From a virus, in the IMG/VR virus record IMGVR_UViG_3300025317_000002, positions 1-64,000 of that record: a DNA stretch of 64,000 nucleotides; one strand, given 5' to 3'. The notes below the pieces were generated by a model, which saw only the letters and a program-made list of their open reading frames with translations, was not told the DNA's origin and ran no database searches. The position numbers were made by a program, and so were the translations under genes. Each line of letters starts with the position of its first letter. Position 1 is the first letter of the stretch. Positions 31,001 through 38,358 of the stretch are shown piece by piece.

Positions 31001-32593
31001 ATTTACAAAGTTAATGTTTCTGTTCTTCGATGTGGGTCTGATGGAGTATGGGAGGTAGTAAAGGGTTCATCTACGTCTGGGATGTCTTTCGTAGACCTAG
31101 TGGATCTTTCTTCATCTCAAACTTTGTCTTCTAAAGTATTGACTGCTCCAGACATCAACGCAGGCACAGCAGATTCACTCACCAGTCTTTCTATTCGGGA
31201 TACATCAGCGGCATTTGATGTTACCTTCGCTGCAACGTCTTCTTCCGCTCTTACTGCTGGAAGAACAGTGACCTGGGATGTAATAAATGCAGCAAGATCT
31301 ATTAAGCTTGCTGGCGACATTGACATTGCCCATAATTTTATTACATCAGGGGCTTACGCCCTGACTTTGACTACTACAGGGACTACTGGAGTCACGCTTC
31401 CTACTACAGGAACTCTTGCAACACTCATTGGAATAGAATCGCTTCAGAACAAAACCCTAGATAACACCAATACTCTTGAACTAAAAGACACACTTTTTAC
31501 ACTCCAGGACGATGGAGACGCTAACAAGAAAGCCAAGTTTCAATGCTTTTCTATTACATCCGGTCAGACAAGAACCTATACTCTTCCTGATGCGTCTGAT
31601 GATATTGTTGTAAGAACTCTTGCCCAGACTATTGCTACAAAGACTTTCGATAATACTAATACTTACAATGTGAAAGATACTCTCTTTACTCTTCAAGATG
31701 ATGGGGATGCAACAAAGTTGGCTGCATTCCAATGTTCCACGATTGGGACTGGAGTGACCAGGACATTTACTTTCCCTAATGCTTCTGGAATCTTTGCACT
31801 TTCTCAAGCAGCGGAGACATTCATTTCGCTTAACCTTTCCGCTAACTCTAATCAGATAGTTTTTGATTCTGATGGTGCCGCTTCAGGAACTCTAACTTGG
31901 TCCCCCACAACATCTGGAAAGACTCTTACACTTCCAGATATTACAGATACAGTGGTTACAAAGACATCCTCTGATACGCTGACCAATAAGGTTCTAAGTG
32001 ATGCAACTTGTAAGTTCGGAGACGATGGAGATATTACTAAAGCATTGGTATTCTCCTTGGGTGGAGCGACTACAGCCAAAACCCTAACTCTGATCTCGTC
32101 TCATACAGATAATCGATCGATTACCTATCCGGATGCCACAGATACGCTGGTCGGAAAAGCCACTTCAGATACCCTCACAAATAAGTCCTTCGACTGTGAC
32201 GGAACCGGAAATGCTCTTACTAATGTGAATGGAAATGAGCTAGATCCCAGTGCTGCAACCACCGGAGCTTACGGGATTCCTATCATAGTCCCCATCGTCA
32301 ATTCTGGTTCTACAGACATCAATGTCTTCGGTGGCAACGTACCATTCAAGTTCCGTATCATTGATGTTTGGGCGGTCAACACAAAAGCTGGAAATGCGGG
32401 GAACTGGAAATTGACTGATGGCACAAATGACATCACCGGCGCCGTTACTTATGGTGCTAGTGACAAAGCTCTTACAAGAACAGCAGAAATCGACGACGCC
32501 CAGCATGACATGACAGGTGAAGCCCTACACCTTATCAATTCAGATGGCACAGATACCGCGATTGTTTACGTATCCGTATTGAGAGTTGACTGA
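25046..32593 (+). CDS. Giant fibre/adhesin-like virion protein (2515 aa)
   Basis: T/S/G/A-rich; N-terminal FN3-like module; carbohydrate-binding-like insert (FNFEDGTVQGW...IDDITV); ~63-aa repeats; ADGGTNAS-type shaft motifs. Confidence 0.85.
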   Translation: MWPLVGFISNYLTTPEGDKRYTKLVSFAVSKSDIPSLKAVPAAEATPVGDVYIDHQSRWVENVTGMTTPTIPTIAQQGTPGSATYGYQVAAVSANGETPLSPERETTTGPTTLNGTDFNRITWSAVTGATSYKVYRTTSSGSGDQTTLGLIGTISAPTTQFDDQGGVSTAAIPLGRGSHYVFDAQATAVSDGILAVRPDDIANDTIPGRWIQTPFEVTIDHNLLDNLDQGDKHTQYTLLAGRSGTANDIILSTTASGKLSGSSASGQGLTLQSTIHGTKGPISFGASSYNEVNDYVIFGGSASLANVFSIKTSGTLDSATALSIAGLNIEQALAAGSNNNERVYAMRVVPSFLDLTRTGMAHYGFVCSDGLSGFQTLTPTAILEIVSSQVSGTQNAITSGSSTTVTTTANAFANVHVGALITANSLTRMVVAKASTTSLTVDTAVDWDNTGAGYAFTFKNPILNLTDTSTVLAFLATDGGLAIRETSAVYKIANHGRVYTKDVSGITELFYMDSAGAEEQISSGAGGPVEGSGTLNFLSKWTPDGNTIGDSQIADNGTIVSITKSGAGTLDLFRFASSQTAANNSGTNILFNALRTTSGTTDVASVAGLITDITDNAYKGALLFKTSNNTAPAEVARFDYLGNLLFAAGETGNIGAVGATRPDNVYVKTSVVIGSTTTVTTDTVAFSAGGTVSTVGANLLVNPGNSIVSFGGNTASFPALKRNATALNFRLADDSADAPFTSGSGTLSGLLSFSGTTHAGLRLNTLTTTQRDAISPIAGDLIYNSTTAQYEKYEGAAWKSLGPTGIASGVGVLNSPAYWNGTDTLAGNSNWVWDNTNVRMGVGKSVPLAPLHTLKSAAPSTQTFNFEDGTVQGWTGDFVPGNTDPHGGSWMIETGTSSSNTYNASYASITVGQSSTFSAWVKGGSTGNWYLVVDGVQQASTGSHGEWDQISVALSEGTHSLGVRIIRSGGGTANARIDDITVTNTTPPDYTAVNALFEGWVGIGGTTSPDGILEIAPPAQSRSVETPFLIVDGAENLLTLTDNITDQRWLSIPAPTISISSAKTVTRGTSLYIGGAPSNSGAGTLSAAYSIFSDNGLVRFDRESIGATPTDGIQLLNNTAAADGAQQYGPALHQGGYGWKTDATAASQAVDWMLYPTAVQAAANPTSVYNWDFSVNGGAYATKLSLSSAGLLTLTQVKITGGTPGIDKILTDSDGTGLAVWKTLGELGTAVDKVGTPVDEQVAIWTDANTIEGKTLTQTANQVLIVQDATTVTFSTPQSIHTAATPQFAKLGLGLAAGSEALDILGRIKFGMSRADATQKDAYLLVPHYTNVEEELLAFYGTSSATGNTLVFGGGGSAFNAATVILFKTAANTTTLNGTERLRIDSTGLLKFSAYSTGILHSDADGDITSSATNLASADVTGLLPLANGGLNANLTASNGGIFYSTATAGAILAGTATANKILLSGSSAAPAWSTATYPTTTTINQILYSSAANTVVGLASTASSILVTDGSSVPSLATDIPTAITIGGAYIYRASGTDVSLADGGTNASLTAVAGAVAYSGASAIVFNAAGNSGEFLRSGGTGSPTWFDLFTTANTFTAAQTINNGTTPADNLILTIAAIGVAGTRDSHSIRFTGASDDGFAHIVDWKLFNDVTSNAGASTFTFQSRVDVASLTTRFSCTDAGIFNLMSGGVYQVNGIAIKDLAETFQNKTLDNTNTVNLKDTLFTLEDDGDSTKKLQFQLSGITTGNTRTLTVPNASDVIAVLGLIQTFQNKTLDNSNTFNAKDTLFTLEDDGDATKKLQFQCSGITGGQTRTLTAPDASGTLALLGLAQTFSAAQTFSSDVSFGGNILFTGTAKAFEIKTSSVLVEDNHIYLNSGYTADTAQTGGFVINYDPTTTTDTVAATGFVAGVASTSNPTVITTGSATFSAHDLIQISGAENPNNNGLFEVLTHTVTTLTIKGIGTTATTQDWVQNQFVTDTTVAGSIYKVNVSVLRCGSDGVWEVVKGSSTSGMSFVDLVDLSSSQTLSSKVLTAPDINAGTADSLTSLSIRDTSAAFDVTFAATSSSALTAGRTVTWDVINAARSIKLAGDIDIAHNFITSGAYALTLTTTGTTGVTLPTTGTLATLIGIESLQNKTLDNTNTLELKDTLFTLQDDGDANKKAKFQCFSITSGQTRTYTLPDASDDIVVRTLAQTIATKTFDNTNTYNVKDTLFTLQDDGDATKLAAFQCSTIGTGVTRTFTFPNASGIFALSQAAETFISLNLSANSNQIVFDSDGAASGTLTWSPTTSGKTLTLPDITDTVVTKTSSDTLTNKVLSDATCKFGDDGDITKALVFSLGGATTAKTLTLISSHTDNRSITYPDATDTLVGKATSDTLTNKSFDCDGTGNALTNVNGNELDPSAATTGAYGIPIIVPIVNSGSTDINVFGGNVPFKFRIIDVWAVNTKAGNAGNWKLTDGTNDITGAVTYGASDKALTRTAEIDDAQHDMTGEALHLINSDGTDTAIVYVSVLRVD
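30160..32110 (+). repeat. Intragenic ~63-aa repeat (QNKTLDN.NT...KDTLFTL.DDGD..KK..FQ...I..G.TRT.T.P), four copies plus one degenerate
   Basis: Copies near 30165, 30355, 31440 and 31630; degenerate copy near 31975. Confidence 0.85.
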
Positions 32594-32594
32594 G

Positions 32595-32735
32595 ATGGGG
32601 ATGTGGGAGGGGACTATTGGTTTTGAGACTTCCACCGCAGGAACATTTCTTCTGCAGTGGGCTCAGAACGCATCAGATGCTAATAATTTGATGATTCAAC
32701 GTGGATCATCTCTCATTACTAAGAAATTGGCGTAA
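32595..32735 (+). pseudogene. Orphan 46-aa fragment resembling a fibre C-terminal tip
   Basis: WEGTIGFETSTAGTFLLQWAQNASDANNLMIQRGSSLITKKLA, starting 1 nt after the fibre stop. Confidence 0.6.
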
Positions 32736-32801
32736 TCCATGTTCGTCTAGATATACGATCAGATTCCGTTCTATCAAGAACCTTAGAAAGCGATCTAACA
32801 T

Positions 32802-32817
32802 AAGCTCAATTGAGCTT
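32802..32817. promoter_or_regulatory. Perfect 16-bp palindrome AAGCTCAATTGAGCTT, operator-like
   Basis: Seen directly, about 40 nt upstream of the response regulator start. Confidence 0.45.
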
Positions 32818-32856
32818 CATGACAAGTTACATGATTGATAAAAAGAGGGACTGGTC

Positions 32857-33309
32857 TTGAATCCAAATATCCTCGTTGTGGAGGATGATCAAGTATTTGT
32901 GCTCCTAATTCAGAATTATCTGAGCAAAAACAGCTACAGATTTGACCATGAGTCTACTTTTGCCGGAGCTTTAAAAAGATTAGGCCAGAATGTCTATGAG
33001 GCTATCCTCTTAGATCTCGTTCTTCCCGACTCATTTGGATTAGAAGTCATTAGGGGGATAATGGAACTATGTCAAACAACTCCTATCATTGTAATAACGG
33101 GGATAGAAGACTACAACCTTGCTTCCGAAGCAATCAAGATCGGCGTTGAGGATTGCTTGTTTAAGACAAACAGTCTTTTCTCGGGACATATTTTAGATGG
33201 AATTATCAAGAATTCTATCACAAGGTTTGAGAGGCACAAAAGAATGACCCAAGAATTCAACAAGCTAAAGAGTTTAGCAAATATTATTGAAACAAAGATG
33301 AATTGTTAA
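32857..33309 (+). CDS. Stand-alone response regulator receiver (REC) protein
   Basis: ILVVEDD, ILLDLVLPDSFG (phospho-Asp), IIVITG, DCLFK; short helical tail, no output domain. Confidence 0.93.
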   Translation: MNPNILVVEDDQVFVLLIQNYLSKNSYRFDHESTFAGALKRLGQNVYEAILLDLVLPDSFGLEVIRGIMELCQTTPIIVITGIEDYNLASEAIKIGVEDCLFKTNSLFSGHILDGIIKNSITRFERHKRMTQEFNKLKSLANIIETKMNC

Positions 33310-33722
33310 TTATCACGGAGCTTTGGGTGGAAAGACAACAAATAGTGGATCAAGAAACGCTCAACAATCTAGCTTCAGCGTTGTCTTCAGCGTGCAATCT
33401 TATTCAGGATCTCGGAGAAGAGATAAAGAAAGGAAGAGAAGATAACCGGGAGAGTGCTATCCAGATAGCCCTCATCAATCACAATGTCAAGGACATGACC
33501 GAAACTATAGCTTCGGTCTTAAAGTATGTTCGAGATGGAAATGGTAAACCTTCTCTTCTCTCCAGAGTAGAGTTCTTGGAATCAAAAGAAATAGTCGGGA
33601 GAGAAAAGATCAGAGGACTTTGGATATTTCTAGCGGCAACAGTTGGAGGACTGTTTGGATTCATAGGACAAATTATTTCAAGTTGGTTTTCCTCTTATAG
33701 TGGAAAACCTCCTATTCCATAA
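33303..33722 (+). CDS. Holin-like protein (coiled coil plus one C-terminal TM segment)
   Basis: GNGKPSLLSRVEFLE...WIFLAATVGGLFGFIGQII; true start may be GTG near 33346. Confidence 0.55.
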   Translation: MLIITELWVERQQIVDQETLNNLASALSSACNLIQDLGEEIKKGREDNRESAIQIALINHNVKDMTETIASVLKYVRDGNGKPSLLSRVEFLESKEIVGREKIRGLWIFLAATVGGLFGFIGQIISSWFSSYSGKPPIP

Positions 33723-33732
33723 GGTAAATATA

Positions 33733-34071
33733 ATGCCCAAAGAAGAAAGTACTGGGATCAACGTCTCGATATCGATTAAACAACTTATCATGATTCTTAC
33801 GATTTTTACAGGGGTAAGTATTGGAGGAAATAGCTTCCTTTCTACCTTTGGAGAGAAAGCTCAAACAATACACTCTTTTTTGGAGAAAGATCTTACTAAC
33901 CTCGAAGTCAAAGTAGATACACTTAGTAAAGATTTCAAAACCCTAACGGCTAAAGTCGAGGAGATCTCTTTTCTAAACCAGAATCTCCTCATAGAAAACA
34001 ACAAAGTTCTGGAGAAAAACATTGACCTTACTGAAAGGATATGTGCTACCTCCAGAAGGCAAACAAAATAA
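33733..34071 (+). CDS. Membrane-anchored coiled-coil protein (lysis accessory candidate)
   Basis: N-terminal hydrophobic segment followed by heptads. Confidence 0.5.
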   Translation: MPKEESTGINVSISIKQLIMILTIFTGVSIGGNSFLSTFGEKAQTIHSFLEKDLTNLEVKVDTLSKDFKTLTAKVEEISFLNQNLLIENNKVLEKNIDLTERICATSRRQTK

Positions 34072-34082
34072 GGAGAAGTATT

Positions 34083-34358
34083 ATGGTTGATAACAACACA
34101 CTTCAGGAACAGGAAACCAAAACTCGCTCTGAATTCGATGATCTTTCAAAAGCTTATCAGGATCTTATGAATCAAGCTCACTCTCATCAGGTTCAAGCTC
34201 AGAATTTCCAAAAGAGAGCAGAAGGATTCGTGCCAAGAATTCAGCAGCTCGCGGGCAAGTTGGAAACCTATGCTGAGATTAAGCTCCTAAATAGCGCTGA
34301 GACCAAAGAGACGCAAGAGCACAAAGACGTTCCTGCATCTCCGGAGTCCATTCACTAA
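34083..34358 (+). CDS. Coiled-coil hypothetical protein
   Basis: AGGAG RBS; Q/E-rich heptads. Confidence 0.65.
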   Translation: MVDNNTLQEQETKTRSEFDDLSKAYQDLMNQAHSHQVQAQNFQKRAEGFVPRIQQLAGKLETYAEIKLLNSAETKETQEHKDVPASPESIH

Positions 34359-34368
34359 GTTTCAATCT

Positions 34369-34436
34369 GGGCCGGATACCTCGACGGAGGGAAAAGTCAG
34401 AACCCTACTGGCCTTTCGGCCCTAAAAACATAGGGC
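34369..34436 (+). ncRNA. Candidate structured cis-RNA (three-way junction with alternative pairing) before the homing endonuclease
   Basis: GGGCCGGA/TTCGGCCC outer stem, CCTC/GAGG and GTCAG/CTGGC inner stems; loop CCCTA complementary to downstream TAGGG. Confidence 0.5.
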
Positions 34437-34449
34437 TCATCAAAGGGAG

Positions 34450-35547
34450 ATGAAAATGCAGCAGATATATCTATACGCACTAAGTGATGATTTAGAACCT
34501 GAGAATTACAGATACATCGGAATAACGAAAAATCCCCATCAAAGGCTCCAGAAACATCTCTTGGAAGTGAAAAGGGACTTGAAGACTTATAAGACAGATT
34601 GGATACGAAAGACCATTACAAATGGTTCAAACTTAAAAATGACTATTATCGAAGCACATACTGACTCTGATCAGGCAAAGCAACGTGAGCGTGAACTAAT
34701 TGCTCTATACAAAGAAAGAGGCTATCGTCTTACGAATGCTACTGAAGGAGGAGATGGAATTTCAAATCCCTCTATGGAAATCCGCAAAAAGATAGGAGAT
34801 GGAAATAGAGGAAAGGTTATGTCTCCAGAAGCTCGCTTAAAGATTGGTTTGGCTAGTATAGGAAGAAAACGCACTCCTGAAGCAAACGCAAGAATAGGCT
34901 TAGCTCATAGAGGAAAAACTATTTCTCTAGAAGCAAGAAAGAAAATGAGCGAAGCTCATAAAGGGAAGTCTCTATCTGAGGAACACAAGCGACACATCCG
35001 AGAAGCTCGAGAAAACATGTCTCCGGAGATGAAAGAGAAAATACGACTTAAACAGGTAGAGGCATTAAAAAATAGAGTCATAACTCAGGAAACCAGAGAA
35101 AAAATGAGACAGGCTCGTTTAGGCAGAAAATTCTCTGAGGAGACTAGAACTAAACTATCGAGAGCTAAGCAGGGTCGAAAACTTTCTGAAGAGACAAGAA
35201 AGAAAATGAGTGAGGTCCAAAGGAAAATTCAATCTCCTGAACGTAGCTTACGAATAAGCTCAAAGCTTAAAGGACAAAAGCGGTCTTCAGAATTTTGTCA
35301 ACGGATGAGCCAAGCTCGTAGAGGTAAAATAAAAGTTGACTTAACAGGTCAAACGTTTACTCGTCTAACTGTGATTAAGTTGGACTCAATAACTAAAGAT
35401 GGGCATACTCGTTGGTTATGTCAATGCAGTTGCGGAAATCAGAAAGTGGTTTGCCGTTGTAATTTACTCAAGGGAGGTATAAAAGGATGCGGATGCTTAT
35501 TGAAGGAAACTAACGAAAATCGTAGGAAGGTGAAAAATGAGCAATAG
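34450..35547 (+). mobile_element. Free-standing GIY-YIG-like homing endonuclease with NUMOD3 repeats and a C-terminal Cys domain
   Basis: IYLYAL...YRYIGIT...RLQKH...LTN; about nine SxExRxK(M/I/L)S-type repeats; DLTGQTFTRLTV...WLCQCSCG. Confidence 0.88.
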
Positions 35548-36154
35548 AATTATCAGTGTGCATCGCGCATGCGTGGACGTGATCGAGTATTTCGACTTTG
35601 ATGGCACCACACTTCTCCAAGGTAAAAGCGACTTTACCACTCTAGTCTTAAAAGATGGAGTCAAAGTCACAAGCCCAACCCCTATCATAAATGAGCTTGG
35701 AGTTGCCCCTAATCCCGTGGATGCTACACTCCGTGGTCTCTACAAGTTTGCGCTTACCCCAGACTCCAAAGGAAACTGGTTCGTCCGTGTAGTGCTTGGA
35801 ACTACGGGAAGAGTATGGACACTTGGCTTAGAGGTCACAGGAGAAAGCATTGCGACCGTAGTCTATGAAGGAACGGTTTCCGAGAACTCGGGAAGCGGAA
35901 CAAGCTTCAAAGACACCAATGCAGGAAGTGTGGGTAACCTCTATAAAGGCTGCGTGGCAGTTGTCATGACTGGAAGCACTCTTAGATACATCGGCCAGGT
36001 CATTGCCTACAGCGAATCTAACACTACCTTCACTGTAAATCCTGCTGCTCCAGGAAGCTATACCTTCATGCAAAACGATACCTTCTATCTTCTCTCCAAT
36101 CTCGTGGCTGCTGTCACAGGGCAGGTATTTCGGTCTCCTGGAGGCCCCACTTAA
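35537..36154 (+). CDS. Virion structural protein (Ig-like N-terminus)
   Basis: GLYKFALTPDSKGNWFV; beta-rich. Confidence 0.65.
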   Translation: MSNRIISVHRACVDVIEYFDFDGTTLLQGKSDFTTLVLKDGVKVTSPTPIINELGVAPNPVDATLRGLYKFALTPDSKGNWFVRVVLGTTGRVWTLGLEVTGESIATVVYEGTVSENSGSGTSFKDTNAGSVGNLYKGCVAVVMTGSTLRYIGQVIAYSESNTTFTVNPAAPGSYTFMQNDTFYLLSNLVAAVTGQVFRSPGGPT

Positions 36155-36163
36155 GGAGCGTCT

Positions 36164-36697
36164 ATGCGCTACACATTCGATATAGGAGAGCCTGTTCCTA
36201 TCGTGGTGGAGGTCAAGGACCTGAATACTGGTCTTCGCCTGGAAGACCTCTCCGACGGAAATCCAGGAGTCACAGTCAAGGTCTTGAGTCCTGCCAGGGC
36301 AGTCATTGTCTCTGCGGCTAAAATGGTAGAGATTGAGAACATGAAGGGCCACTATGAATATGTTGTCCCTGGAACATCCATCACTGAAGCTGGGCTTTGG
36401 GTTTACGACGTGACTGGAAACAACGTGAACGTGGAAAACAAATCTGGTTCTTTCCTTGTGGCTCCTATTTGGATCACAACGCTCAAGAAGATATTCGGAC
36501 TTGCACATGGCAATATTCACGAGGACAGTCTAACTTATGACCCCCTCGTTCCGAACAGAAAAACAGGTTCCCGTATTCGAATCTACTCTCAGGCCGCTTC
36601 CGTAGGCACAGACAACGATGTGCTCGCAACTTATACGTTTATTGCCACCTACTCTGAAGATGGCCTTGTAAAGACATTCAGTTGTAAGGAAACCTAG
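36164..36697 (+). CDS. Virion structural protein, paralogue of 36700
   Basis: AGGAG RBS; C-terminal IFGLAHGN...DNDVLATYTFIATYSEDGL. Confidence 0.7.
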   Translation: MRYTFDIGEPVPIVVEVKDLNTGLRLEDLSDGNPGVTVKVLSPARAVIVSAAKMVEIENMKGHYEYVVPGTSITEAGLWVYDVTGNNVNVENKSGSFLVAPIWITTLKKIFGLAHGNIHEDSLTYDPLVPNRKTGSRIRIYSQAASVGTDNDVLATYTFIATYSEDGLVKTFSCKET

Positions 36698-36699
36698 TC

Positions 36700-37260
36700 A
36701 TGGCAGCATCTAGAATCTATTTTCCTCGTCAGGTCAAGAAAAGTGAGTCCTCAAAGTTTAGAGTATTCATCTCGAATAGCTCAGATGATTCTGCTAAGAC
36801 AGGTATGCTTTACACAGATGCTACAATCTACTACGCCAAGGCTTCAGGAGCTGCTATCCAAAAGGTAATTCAAGCTTCAGAGTGGGCTGAGATTGGAAAC
36901 AACATGCAGGGCTGGTATGACATTATCTTCTCTGCATCAGATCTTAATACCCTGGGCCAATTTATCTTTCGGATCACAGGAACCGGAATCAACATGGTCG
37001 AAGTAGGGGGAATCGAAGTAACAGATGCACACTTAAGCGACCTTGCTAGGATCTTAGGGTTGTCTCATCATAATTGGAAAGAGCTTTCAGTAGTTTATGA
37101 TGCAGTAAATCCTCAACGTAAGCTGTCTTCTACGATCAAGCTCTACCCAACTGCGGCAGATGTGGATACAGATACAAATGCATTTGCTTCGTATACATTC
37201 ACCGCTACCTATGGAAATGATGGGCTGCCTTCTGGATTCTCTTTCAAGAAGGTAACTTAA
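36700..37260 (+). CDS. Virion structural protein, paralogue of 36164
   Basis: C-terminal ILGLSHHN...DTNAFASYTFTATYGNDGL. Confidence 0.7.
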   Translation: MAASRIYFPRQVKKSESSKFRVFISNSSDDSAKTGMLYTDATIYYAKASGAAIQKVIQASEWAEIGNNMQGWYDIIFSASDLNTLGQFIFRITGTGINMVEVGGIEVTDAHLSDLARILGLSHHNWKELSVVYDAVNPQRKLSSTIKLYPTAADVDTDTNAFASYTFTATYGNDGLPSGFSFKKVT

Positions 37261-37261
37261 T

Positions 37262-37885
37262 ATGTCTTCTGCCCACACCCTCACAACAGGAATTTGGCAC
37301 CACAATGCTAATATCTATTCTTCGGGTGGGCACTTCATCGATGCCGAATATGCAGATGACACGCTAAAGCTAAATCCACCCCCCCTTCCTCCTGGAGTAG
37401 ATATATCTCACTCCAGAAATCTCTACGGAATCACGGATCTCTCTTTCCTCCGAAGTGTGGTTTCCGAGATGGCATTCTTATACTGGCCGATTGTAAAATA
37501 CTATAGGCTAAATCGGTCTCAAACAATGACAGATTCTCTTTATGGCAAGGCCAAGGAGTATATATTTCTTCCCTCGCTTTCTATCAACATGTTTGTTATT
37601 TATGAGGAATTACCAGATCCACATACCAAGTTCGGAACAGACGCAACAGAGAAGGTTGAAGCCTGGATTCCGTGGAAAGCCCTAATTGACCAAGACTTCG
37701 TTCCCGATAAGGGAGATAGATTTAGTTATGCAGGATATGAGTTCCTGGTTACGGGAGTTTCTGCCCAGGCAAAATCTGAATATATGACCTCAAATGCCTT
37801 CACCTACTTTACCATATTTGCGGAGATGGCTCATCCTGGATATATCTCCGAGGATGCTACAAACGTTGGGCGAATTAAAGCATGA
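37262..37885 (+). CDS. Head closure / neck protein, T4 gp14-like
   Basis: VKYYRL...DSLYG...KFG...PDKGDRF. Confidence 0.65.
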   Translation: MSSAHTLTTGIWHHNANIYSSGGHFIDAEYADDTLKLNPPPLPPGVDISHSRNLYGITDLSFLRSVVSEMAFLYWPIVKYYRLNRSQTMTDSLYGKAKEYIFLPSLSINMFVIYEELPDPHTKFGTDATEKVEAWIPWKALIDQDFVPDKGDRFSYAGYEFLVTGVSAQAKSEYMTSNAFTYFTIFAEMAHPGYISEDATNVGRIKA

Positions 37886-38358
37886 GCACCTGGAAACCCA
37901 AACAAGGAGACCACTTCACAAGCAGAGGCTACGTGACAAATGACGAGCAGGTCTATACCTCGTGGTTTCATATCCCAAGTACCTCAAATATTGTAACTCC
38001 AGCTAGGGCCAGCTTTGTCTCTGAAAGCTTGGGGGAGCTTATTCAGGTCCTTGATCCTGTGGACATTCCGGTAGATTCAACTTTTAGAACTACAGATCTT
38101 TATGACGAGGAGGGAAGACGGTTCTTTGACCATTTGTCGATTCTAGATATTCTCCCTCACCCAACAGATTTACTTGTCTCTGTTTTATCTGGTGAGGAAA
38201 ATAGACTTGATCTCTTTGCGTTCAGGGTATACCAAAACGACAACCTTTGGCCAATTATTGCCATCGCCAATGACATCTATGACCCATTTTATCTGAAACC
38301 TCGGACGATTCTGAGGGTGCCTTCACTCTCTAGAATCTACTCGGAGATTCTACCTTGA
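37882..38358 (+). CDS. Baseplate wedge protein, T4 gp53 / LysM-like
   Basis: RLDLFAFRVYQNDNLWPIIAIANDIYDPF.LKP..ILRVP. Confidence 0.85.
   Translation: MSTWKPKQGDHFTSRGYVTNDEQVYTSWFHIPSTSNIVTPARASFVSESLGELIQVLDPVDIPVDSTFRTTDLYDEEGRRFFDHLSILDILPHPTDLLVSVLSGEENRLDLFAFRVYQNDNLWPIIAIANDIYDPFYLKPRTILRVPSLSRIYSEILP

Noticed and set aside
34369-34436. Hammerhead ribozyme
   Set aside because: A three-way junction with GAAA is present but the CUGANGA core is missing
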